A stretch of 64,000 bases of DNA, from positions 918-64,917 of the forward strand of contig CAKPNG010000003.1 of assembly GCA_934168325.1 (NCBI GenBank), written 5' to 3'. The notes below the pieces were generated by a model. That model searched no databases. It worked only from the letters and a program-made list of their open reading frames with translations, and had not been told where the DNA came from. Each line of letters opens with the position of its first letter. The first letter of the stretch is position 1. Made by a program: the position numbers and the translations under genes. Source of the DNA: an uncultured Bacilli bacterium (lineage in GTDB: Bacteria > Bacillota_I > Bacilli_A > RFN20 > CAG-826). Shown in pieces: positions 28,340-36,144 of this stretch.

Positions 28340-29117
28340 TAAATTTATAAAAATACTTGGGTTTAGCAAGGTTAATTGTAAAAAAATCAAGGAAATCTTC
28401 AATAATAATATTTATAATTTTTATAAAATTTATAGTGATTTAACTAAAGAAAATGCTGATTTTGAAGAAATTAAAAATAGTTTAAACGATGAAGATGGAT
28501 TCATTATGTTAACAACTTATTTATATAAAGCGTTCTCTTTATCTAAAACTTATAAGAGTTTAAATATTAATCAAGATATATATTTTGATACATTTAAATG
28601 CTTTAATAGATTTTTATTAGAAACTAAAAAAGCGACAAAAAAATATATATTTGATAGATATTGGTGGACTTATAGACAAACTGAAATGTTAGAATTTAGA
28701 ATAGGTGAATTAGAATATGAAATATCTCATAAAACAAAAGAAATATATATTCATATTCCTAGTGATGCTAAATTAATTCAAAAAGATATTATTAAATCAA
28801 TAAAAGATGCTCAAGAGTTTTTCTTAAATAAATTCAATATTGATTATAAGTTTTGTTTAAATAGCTGGTTATTAAGTCCAAAATTAAAAGAAATATTAAA
28901 AGAAGATTCTCATATTAAAGAATTTATGAATTTATTTGATATAAAAGATGTTAATAAAGATAGCGACGATTGTATTTTCTGGGTATTTAATACTTATTCA
29001 AAAGATATAAATTCTTATAAAGAAAATACAAGTTTACAAAGATATATTAAAAACATTTTATTAAATGGTGAACATTTAGGCTCAGCCTATGGAATATTAA
29101 AAGGAGGCGTTATATGA
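28329..29117 (+). CDS. Cytoplasmic protein resembling the NAT_N/GNAT_C (DUF5596-type) acyltransferase-like family
   Basis: The pattern FRIGELEYEI...IYIHIPSD...AQEFFLNKF...FCLNSWLLSPKLKEIL matches my recollection of that family (LGRLQF...HIP...SWLL.P.L). It has no signal peptide and overlaps both neighbours. Confidence 0.4.
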   Translation: MTFDKFIKILGFSKVNCKKIKEIFNNNIYNFYKIYSDLTKENADFEEIKNSLNDEDGFIMLTTYLYKAFSLSKTYKSLNINQDIYFDTFKCFNRFLLETKKATKKYIFDRYWWTYRQTEMLEFRIGELEYEISHKTKEIYIHIPSDAKLIQKDIIKSIKDAQEFFLNKFNIDYKFCLNSWLLSPKLKEILKEDSHIKEFMNLFDIKDVNKDSDDCIFWVFNTYSKDINSYKENTSLQRYIKNILLNGEHLGSAYGILKGGVI

Positions 29118-30559
29118 AAAAATTTGCTAATAAAATAGTTTTGGTTGGTATTATGGCTATGGGTTTATTTAGTTGTAATAAAAAAGAAGATGGACCAATT
29201 GTTAAACCTGATCCCGAACCAACTCCTACTCCAACTCCAGAACCAGTAGAAGAAACAATATTTGATTCGCTTGCTCCCGGGAAGAATAAAACTTATCCAA
29301 AATTAGAAGAATTTACTCCTACTTTATTTAAAAAAGATACTTTTAAAAAGGTTAGAGAAATAAATTTAATTGATGGAGCCGATTATATTACATATTCTTT
29401 TAATTTAAATAATGATCATAAAGTAATTGCTAATATTATTGATGTAGACTTAACAAAAGCTAAAATTGATACAAATTATGCTAAAAGTGGGATTGATACT
29501 GCTTATGGACAATTAATTGATTATCAAAATAGTACTAATAAAAAAATAGCAGCTATTATGAATGCAGATTTTTTTGCGACAGGTAGTGGAACTTCAGTTA
29601 ATGCTTATGTTAAAGATAATGAAATTATTAAAAGCAAACATAATGATAATGGAGTATATGATTATAAAGATTTAAAGAGTGATTTACCTGCTTCTAAACC
29701 AATGCTTATAGGATTTAGTGGCAATGAGGCTAAAATTTCCCCAATTGTTAATAATAAAAATATTGAAGAAACAGTAAAAACTGGCTTTAGTTATCAAATT
29801 ATTTATTTAAATGAAAATAAAGATACTATCAATATTAAAGACAATGTTTATTATAATTCTATAAATATGAATGGAGATAATTCATTTAATATAGTTAATT
29901 CTAATATTAGTGTTTCTTTATCTACTAATGATAATATTTATAAGATTAAGAAAGAAGATTCTAATACTTTTATTAAAGGCAAATTAACTAATATTAGTAA
30001 GCAAAAAGCTGATGGTAAGAAATCTTTTAAAGATTGTGATCAATATTTCTATATTATTAGTAAGAAAGAAATGAATTTTAAAATAGATGATCAAATTGGT
30101 TTTAGTATTACTAATAATAAAGATGAAACTTTTGATTATTATAATAATGTAATTGGTGGTAGACAAAGTTTAGTTGAAAATGGAAAAATTGCTCCTACTG
30201 TTACTTTAGAAAATACTAATGGTGCTCAAGTTAAAGATATTCCCCGTAGTGCTGTTGGTGTTGTTAATAAAAATAGAGTTTTATTATGCACGATCGAAGC
30301 TTTAAGATATAACAAAAAGTTAACTAATGTTGAAGCAACTGATTCTTATGGTCTTAATTTACCAGAATTAGCGGAACTTATGCGATATTTAGGATCTTAC
30401 GATGCTCTTAATTTTGATGGTGGGGGATCTACTCAACTTATTACTCAAGATATGAGTAATAATGAACTTACTTTAAGAGTAAGAAGTTCTGATTATGGAA
30501 CTTATAATCTTAAAGATTGTCGTAAAGTTTATAATACAATCTTAGTTACTAATAAATAA
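29114..30559 (+). CDS. Surface lipoprotein with phosphodiester glycosidase (NAGPA/DUF2233-like) domain
   Basis: It has an AGGAGG RBS. The lipobox is LVGIMAMGLFSCNK. The linker reads PDPEPTPTPTPEPVEE. The C-terminal region RSAVGVVNKNRVLLCTIE...YDALNFDGGGSTQL is characteristic of the family (DGGGS motif). Confidence 0.65.
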   Translation: MKKFANKIVLVGIMAMGLFSCNKKEDGPIVKPDPEPTPTPTPEPVEETIFDSLAPGKNKTYPKLEEFTPTLFKKDTFKKVREINLIDGADYITYSFNLNNDHKVIANIIDVDLTKAKIDTNYAKSGIDTAYGQLIDYQNSTNKKIAAIMNADFFATGSGTSVNAYVKDNEIIKSKHNDNGVYDYKDLKSDLPASKPMLIGFSGNEAKISPIVNNKNIEETVKTGFSYQIIYLNENKDTINIKDNVYYNSINMNGDNSFNIVNSNISVSLSTNDNIYKIKKEDSNTFIKGKLTNISKQKADGKKSFKDCDQYFYIISKKEMNFKIDDQIGFSITNNKDETFDYYNNVIGGRQSLVENGKIAPTVTLENTNGAQVKDIPRSAVGVVNKNRVLLCTIEALRYNKKLTNVEATDSYGLNLPELAELMRYLGSYDALNFDGGGSTQLITQDMSNNELTLRVRSSDYGTYNLKDCRKVYNTILVTNK

Positions 30560-30866
30560 TTATTATTAAGATAAATACTTAAGTTAATAAAGTCTACAGA
30601 ATAAAAATGTGGATTTTTAATGTTGATTAAAAATGATGCGTTTTTATCAAATTTGCCACTATTAGCGGCAAAATTTGCATTAACTAATAGCTCAATTTTT
30701 ATCGAACGTATTAAAACCGCGATATTATAATTTGATAAAGGTTTCTTTTTTTATGTGATGTATATTTCATAAGTAATGAGTTAAAAGATTACTATTTTAA
30801 TGATAAATAATGACATAACTAGGTATATTTGTAGTATAATTTCAAATAGATTTAAAGGGAAAGATT

Positions 30867-31931
30867 ATGAATTATATTGATAAAGAAATAGATAATTTAA
30901 ATATATTTGATGGAAGTTCTATTAATTTATATGGTCGAAGTAAAATTCTAGATTATAAAGATAAAAAGCAAATATTTTTTGGCTATACTGGAACTGGTTT
31001 TGAATTAATTATTGAAGCTATTAATATTAATAATGAATTAAAAGCTACATTATTAACTGAATCTGATTTATATGAGCATCAATATATTAAGATATATATA
31101 GATAATAAAGTAGATAAAGTAATTGAATTAACTAAAGGAGAAGAAAAAGTTACTTTAATTAAAAATTTAGAAATAGGTAAACATCAAATAAAAGTAATTA
31201 AAATGAATGAACTTAATACTACTAAATTATATATGTCTAATTTAGTAGGTAAAAATTATAAATATTATAAAAGAACTTATAGTCCTAAAAGAAATTTAAT
31301 TGAATTTTATGGAGATTCTTTAACTGCTGGATATGGTAATTTAGGTAATCCTAGTGTTAAAGCTTATCTAACTAGTGAACAAGATGGAACTATCGCTTAT
31401 GCTAATTTAGTAGCTAATAAATTAGATTATGATCCATCTATTATATGTTTTAGTGGAGTATCTTTAACTAAATCTTTATCTATATTTGGTTTAAATATTA
31501 TGGATAAATATGATACTTATGATGGTATTCATAAGTATCATGGAGATAATAATATACCTAATATAGCAGTTATTAATTTAGGTACTAATGATAATACAGG
31601 TTATTTAGATATAAATACTAAAGAAATAGATAAAGTAAATGGTATTAATGAATATATTAATAATTTTGATATATTAGTTAATTATATTAAAAATAAAGCA
31701 CCTAAATGTAAGATTGTATGTTGCTATAATATGTCTTTTCCTTTTACTAAAGAGATGCTTAATGCTTTAAATATAAGTGTTAATAATGTTAATAAGAAAT
31801 ATGGAGATAATACTTGCTTTATGATTGGATTTAAAGGCGATACTAATGGATCTGATGGGCATCCATCATATTTAGCTCATAAAGAATATGCTGATATTTT
31901 ATATAAATTTATTATTGATAAAATTATATAA
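30867..31931 (+). CDS. Leaderless paralogue of the CE2-like SGNH esterase
   Basis: It is collinear with residues 32-384 of the 25236 gene (MNYIDKEIDNLNIFDGSSINLYGRSK... versus ...GNIDKEISNLNIFNDSSINLYGRSK...). It has the same SGNH blocks (FYGDSLTAGYGNLG, INLGTNDN, SDGHPS). It has no signal peptide. Confidence 0.8.
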   Translation: MNYIDKEIDNLNIFDGSSINLYGRSKILDYKDKKQIFFGYTGTGFELIIEAININNELKATLLTESDLYEHQYIKIYIDNKVDKVIELTKGEEKVTLIKNLEIGKHQIKVIKMNELNTTKLYMSNLVGKNYKYYKRTYSPKRNLIEFYGDSLTAGYGNLGNPSVKAYLTSEQDGTIAYANLVANKLDYDPSIICFSGVSLTKSLSIFGLNIMDKYDTYDGIHKYHGDNNIPNIAVINLGTNDNTGYLDINTKEIDKVNGINEYINNFDILVNYIKNKAPKCKIVCCYNMSFPFTKEMLNALNISVNNVNKKYGDNTCFMIGFKGDTNGSDGHPSYLAHKEYADILYKFIIDKII

Positions 31932-32047
31932 AATATAATTGATATAATCATTATTATTTATATTAATTGATAAATTCACAAATAGTAAATTGACAAGATA
32001 ATTTATTAGAATTATTATTTTTGCGTAATAAATTTAGGGGGAAATTT

Positions 32048-33049
32048 ATGGAACGTGGATTTAAAGATGTGTTCATGAATCTTATTTGCATAGTTTTTTG
32101 TGCAGTTGGATTCTTTATTACATTAGGTTTTGTTTCAAAATCAATGATAATAGTAACTGGAGTTTTAGCTATTTTAATGGGTGTATTCCATTTTATGCAG
32201 AAAAGCGAAGAAATTAATGATAAATTGGAAGATGCCTTTCTTTATATTGGTATTATTTCAATTATATTTGGGATAATTATTTTTATTACTGGATCAGTTG
32301 GTAATGATAAAGCAAGTTATATATCAACGATTCTTTTCTTTTTATTTGGAGCTATTACTTCTTCATTTGCTAATATTGTAAAAGGAACTAGGGCTTATAA
32401 AGATGGAGAAAGTGGATTAAGAATAGCATATAGTTTTATATTTGCTGTTTCTACTATTCTTACTTTTCTTCCTGCCGCTTTTGTTATTGGTGGAGTAGCA
32501 GGAGGCAGCTCTATTGATTATTATTTTGATTCACGTGCTACATATATAATTGCATTATTAGTTATTTCAATTGTTCCTTTAACTGCATTTGTATTAATGA
32601 TTATTGATTATATTTCAAATGGAGGTGTTTCAACTAGTTATAGCGCTAATAGAAGTTATAATAATAGACGTAATAATCATAGTGATGAATCTTGGGATGA
32701 TAGAGATAGAGCTACTGGACCATTTTATAATATATTAAAAGATAAATGTAGATCAGTTGCTAGAGAATATTCGGGTAGACATGAATTAAGCTATGGTAGA
32801 GCTAATTTTGATGTTAATGTAAGAATTAATGGAAATGATATTACATATACTATAGATGTATCTGTTACAAGTAATGCTACTAGTCAATATGATATGAATG
32901 AATTACAAAGAACACTAAAATATGAATTAGAAAATGCTGCTGATAGAATTTATAGTAGAACCGAATCAGCTATTGATAAATTACGTGATAAATATCAAGA
33001 TTTTGATGGTTCATACAGCATTAACGTAAAAGTTGGTAGTGTTAGATAA
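32048..33049 (+). CDS. Membrane protein (about 6 helices) with a ~140-aa C-terminal soluble domain, unknown function
   Basis: The track uses TTG 32021. The ATG at 32048 follows TAGGGGGA. A TTGACA (31990-31995), a 17-nt spacer and TATTAT (32013-32018) lie upstream. I recognised no family. Confidence 0.55.
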   Translation: MERGFKDVFMNLICIVFCAVGFFITLGFVSKSMIIVTGVLAILMGVFHFMQKSEEINDKLEDAFLYIGIISIIFGIIIFITGSVGNDKASYISTILFFLFGAITSSFANIVKGTRAYKDGESGLRIAYSFIFAVSTILTFLPAAFVIGGVAGGSSIDYYFDSRATYIIALLVISIVPLTAFVLMIIDYISNGGVSTSYSANRSYNNRRNNHSDESWDDRDRATGPFYNILKDKCRSVAREYSGRHELSYGRANFDVNVRINGNDITYTIDVSVTSNATSQYDMNELQRTLKYELENAADRIYSRTESAIDKLRDKYQDFDGSYSINVKVGSVR

Positions 33050-33077
33050 TTTATAATATAAATATTAAATAAATATG

Positions 33078-33106
33078 AATGTCTCTAGTTAGTTAGGGAC
33101 ATTTTT
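33078..33106 (+). terminator. Rho-independent terminator
   Basis: AATGTCTCT-agttagtt-AGGGACATT (one G-U pair) is followed by TTTT, 29 nt after the stop codon at 33047-33049. Confidence 0.6.
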
Positions 33107-33250
33107 AATATATTGTTTTAAAAAGAACTAAGAGGATTTAAAAAAAGATATTTAATTACAAAAAAATTACAAAAAAATTACTTTTTACATTAATTTTATT
33201 GTAAAAACATTCGGCTGTATCGAATAAAATTACTATTTTTTAAAATTTTG

Positions 33251-33279
33251 TTGTTTTGTAAGCGCTTACAATTTATAAT
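33251..33279 (+). promoter_or_regulatory. Sigma-A-type promoter (TTGTTT, 17 nt, TATAAT) whose spacer is filled by a perfect palindromic cre (33257-33270)
   Basis: TGTAAGCGCTTACA is a perfect 14-bp palindrome and matches the cre consensus TGWAANCGNTNWCA. The TATAAT box lies at 33274-33279. Confidence 0.6.
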
Positions 33280-33367
33280 AAAGGAGATACGAGAAAACTT
33301 AATTCTTACCGATAAAATAAGTTTTCTATAAATCAATGGAATATTTTTAGGAGGACAATAAAACAAT

Positions 33368-34561
33368 ATGAATAAGAAAATAATTCCGATCGTTGCATTA
33401 ACTGTATTTACAGGTTTAGCAGCAAGCTGTGGTGGTAATTCTACAAGTGCTAAAGAAAAACCACTTATCTTCTATAATAGACAACCATCTAAAGCAGATA
33501 ACACAGTTGATACTAACGTTATGAAATGGAGTGACAAAACTTACTATGGTGGATTTAATGCTGTAGCTGGTGGCGATACTCAAGGTCAAATGATTGTTGA
33601 TTATATTAAAGAACATGCAGCTGAAATGGATGTCAATAAAGACGGAACTATCGGTTATGTTTTAGCAATCGGACAAAACTCACACAATGACTCTGAAGCA
33701 CGTACACGTGGTGTAAGAAGAGCTTTTGGTCTTGCTGATACTGCTCAAGAAACAGCAGTTAGCGGAGAAGGTTCTGTTAAAGCTAAAGATGGTAAAACAT
33801 ATAAAATTAAAGAATTAGCTGCTAAAGAAATGAGAGATGCTGCTGGTCCATGGTCATCATCAGTTGCTGCTGATACAATGGGTGGTTGGATGAACCAATA
33901 TAATGATCAAATCGATTTAGTCGTTTCTAATAACGATGGTATGGCTGAAGGTATGATCGGACAATATGGCAAAAGAGTAATCCCTACATTCGGTTATGAT
34001 GCTAATACTTCAACTCTTAATTTAATTAAACAAGGTGGATCAATGAAAGGTACAATTTCACAAAACCACCATGCTCAAGTCTTAACAGTTTTACAATTAG
34101 CAAGAAACGTTATTGATGGATTAAAAGGTGATGAAGTTACAACTGCTGGCTTTACAAAAGCTGACAAATATGGTAACCAAATTAAATCTGCAGTCGTCAA
34201 TTATAAAACAGATGCTAAAGCTATGTTAGCTGAAAATGGTATCGTTACTGCTACTAATGTTGATGCTATTTTAGAAGATACATTAGATACAGGTATTAAA
34301 CAAACTAATGCTGAAAAGAAGAAACTTTTATGGACAGTTTACTCCGCAACTGATAACTTCTTAAATCAATCATTTATTCCTACAGTTAAAAGATATGCAA
34401 AATTCTATAATTTTGATATTTCTTATATCTATGGTGATGGAACTCAAGAATCTTCACTTACTTCCCAATTCACTAACTTAGGAAACTACGATGGTTATGT
34501 TGTAAACATGGTTGAAACAACTAGTGGTGCCTTATATCAAGAAAAACTTAACGAAGCTTAA
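33368..34561 (+). CDS. Monosaccharide ABC transporter substrate-binding lipoprotein (PBP type I, MglB/RbsB-like)
   Basis: It has an AGGAGG RBS. The lipobox is VFTGLAASCGG. A double-NBD ATPase and a permease of the CUT2 class follow. Its codon usage is noticeably less AT-skewed, which is consistent with high expression. Confidence 0.7.
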   Translation: MNKKIIPIVALTVFTGLAASCGGNSTSAKEKPLIFYNRQPSKADNTVDTNVMKWSDKTYYGGFNAVAGGDTQGQMIVDYIKEHAAEMDVNKDGTIGYVLAIGQNSHNDSEARTRGVRRAFGLADTAQETAVSGEGSVKAKDGKTYKIKELAAKEMRDAAGPWSSSVAADTMGGWMNQYNDQIDLVVSNNDGMAEGMIGQYGKRVIPTFGYDANTSTLNLIKQGGSMKGTISQNHHAQVLTVLQLARNVIDGLKGDEVTTAGFTKADKYGNQIKSAVVNYKTDAKAMLAENGIVTATNVDAILEDTLDTGIKQTNAEKKKLLWTVYSATDNFLNQSFIPTVKRYAKFYNFDISYIYGDGTQESSLTSQFTNLGNYDGYVVNMVETTSGALYQEKLNEA

Positions 34562-34580
34562 TTAATAAAAAGTTAGTATT

Positions 34581-34612
34581 TAGGACACTATCTTAAGATA
34601 GTGTCCTATTTT
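34581..34612 (+). terminator. Strong intra-operon rho-independent terminator/attenuator between the SBP and ATPase genes
   Basis: TAGGACACTATC-ttaa-GATAGTGTCCTA is a 12-bp perfect stem followed by TTTT. Confidence 0.8.
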
Positions 34613-34630
34613 GTTAAAATGGAGTATTTT

Positions 34631-36124
34631 ATGAATGATAATATATTAGAATTAATTAATATTTCAAAAGCTTTCGGAAGTAATAGAGTCTTAAGTAATA
34701 TCGATCTTTACGTTAAAAGAGGCAAAGTTTTAGGTCTTATGGGCGAAAACGGTGCTGGAAAATCTACAATGATGAAGATTCTTTTTGGTATTTACACAAA
34801 AGATGATGGAAAAATAATATTTGACGGAAAAGAAATTGAATTCGACAGTCCTAAAACTGCTCTTGAAAATGGTATTGCAATGGTTCACCAAGAACTTAAT
34901 CAATGCTTAGAAAGAAATGTAGTGGATAATTTATTTTTAGGTAAATATAGAACTAAATTTGGAATTGTCAATGAAAAATTAATGAGAGAAAAAGCGAATC
35001 AACTTTTCAAAAGATTAGGTATCTATGTTGATTTAGATGTTCCAATGAAAACAATGTCAGTTTCGCAAAGACAAATGTGTGAAATTGCTAAAGCTGTCTC
35101 TTATGATGCAAAAGTTATCGTTTTAGATGAACCTACAAGTTCTTTAACAGAAAGAGAAGTTAAAAAATTATTTAAAATTATTTCTGATTTAAGAAATGAT
35201 GGTGTTTCTTTTATTTATATTTCTCACAAAATGGACGAAATTTTTGAAATATGTGATGAAGTTAGTGTCCTTAGAGATGGTCATATGATTATGACTAAGC
35301 CTGTTAAAGAAACTAATATGAATGAATTAGTTTCTGCAATGGTTGGGCGTTCTCTTGAACAACGTTTTCCTCCAGTTGATAATATTCCAGGAGAGATCGC
35401 TTTCGAAGTTAAAAATTTAAATACAAAATATGAACCTACATTAAAAGATATTTCTTTTTCTGTTAGAAAAGGTGAAGTATTTGGAATTTATGGATTAGTT
35501 GGTGCTGGTAGAAGTGAATTATTAGAAACTTTATTTGGCGTTAGAACAATTGCTAATGGTGAAATATTCTTAAATGGCAGAAATTTAGTTTTTAACAATT
35601 CAAAAGATGCTATGGATAATCACTTTGCTTTCGTTACTGAAGAAAGAAAAGTAAATGGTATGTTTGCAAAAGGTGATTTAATTTATAATACAACTATTTG
35701 TAGTTTAGATAAATATATGGATTATAAAATCCTAGCTAATAAAAAAATGAAAGATGCTACTACTAAATCATTAAAATTAATGCATACTAAATATAGTGAT
35801 GAAACTGATTTAATTACTGCTTTATCTGGTGGTAATCAACAAAAAGTTATTATTGGTAAATGGCTTGCTAGAGATCCAGAAATATTATTACTTGATGAGC
35901 CTACTAGAGGTATTGATATTGGTGCAAAATATGAAATTTATCAATTAATCAATAAAATGGCAAAAGATGGTAAAATTATTATCGTTGTTTCTAGTGAAAT
36001 GCCAGAAATTTTAGGTATAACAAATAGAATCGCTGTTATGAGTAATTATCGACTTGCTGGTATCGTTGAAACAAAAGACACTAATCAAGAAGAATTATTA
36101 AGACTCAGTGCAAAATATTTGTAA
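34631..36124 (+). CDS. CUT2-family sugar ABC ATPase with duplicated NBDs (MglA/RbsA-like)
   Basis: The track start (GTG 34601) lies inside the terminator hairpin. The ATG at 34631 follows GGAG. It has Walker A GENGAGKST, signature 1 MSVSQRQMCEIAKA and Walker B VLDEPTSSL. The second NBD has LSGGNQQKVIIGKWL and LLDEPTRGID. Confidence 0.85.
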   Translation: MNDNILELINISKAFGSNRVLSNIDLYVKRGKVLGLMGENGAGKSTMMKILFGIYTKDDGKIIFDGKEIEFDSPKTALENGIAMVHQELNQCLERNVVDNLFLGKYRTKFGIVNEKLMREKANQLFKRLGIYVDLDVPMKTMSVSQRQMCEIAKAVSYDAKVIVLDEPTSSLTEREVKKLFKIISDLRNDGVSFIYISHKMDEIFEICDEVSVLRDGHMIMTKPVKETNMNELVSAMVGRSLEQRFPPVDNIPGEIAFEVKNLNTKYEPTLKDISFSVRKGEVFGIYGLVGAGRSELLETLFGVRTIANGEIFLNGRNLVFNNSKDAMDNHFAFVTEERKVNGMFAKGDLIYNTTICSLDKYMDYKILANKKMKDATTKSLKLMHTKYSDETDLITALSGGNQQKVIIGKWLARDPEILLLDEPTRGIDIGAKYEIYQLINKMAKDGKIIIVVSSEMPEILGITNRIAVMSNYRLAGIVETKDTNQEELLRLSAKYL

Positions 36125-36144
36125 TATAGTTAGGAGAGATATTT

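Noticed and set aside
29984-30166. Small nested or antisense ORFs at 29984-30166 (-), 33416-33616 (-), 37448-37666 (+), 52520-52714 (-), 55413-55634 (+) and 60906-61124 (+)
   Set aside because: Each is fully contained in a longer ORF with strong family motifs. Their compositions are typical of off-frame AT-rich or hydrophobic-gene artefacts.
25236-31931. The duplicated esterase genes as terminal repeats of a composite mobile element
   Set aside because: The copies are direct and diverged coding paralogues. No transposase, integrase, inverted terminal repeats or target-site duplications are visible.
34601-34630. GTG start of the sugar ATPase as given by the ORF track
   Set aside because: The GTG lies inside the 3' arm of the 12-bp terminator hairpin. 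The ATG at 34631, preceded by GGAG, gives a normal N-terminus 20 residues before the Walker A region.
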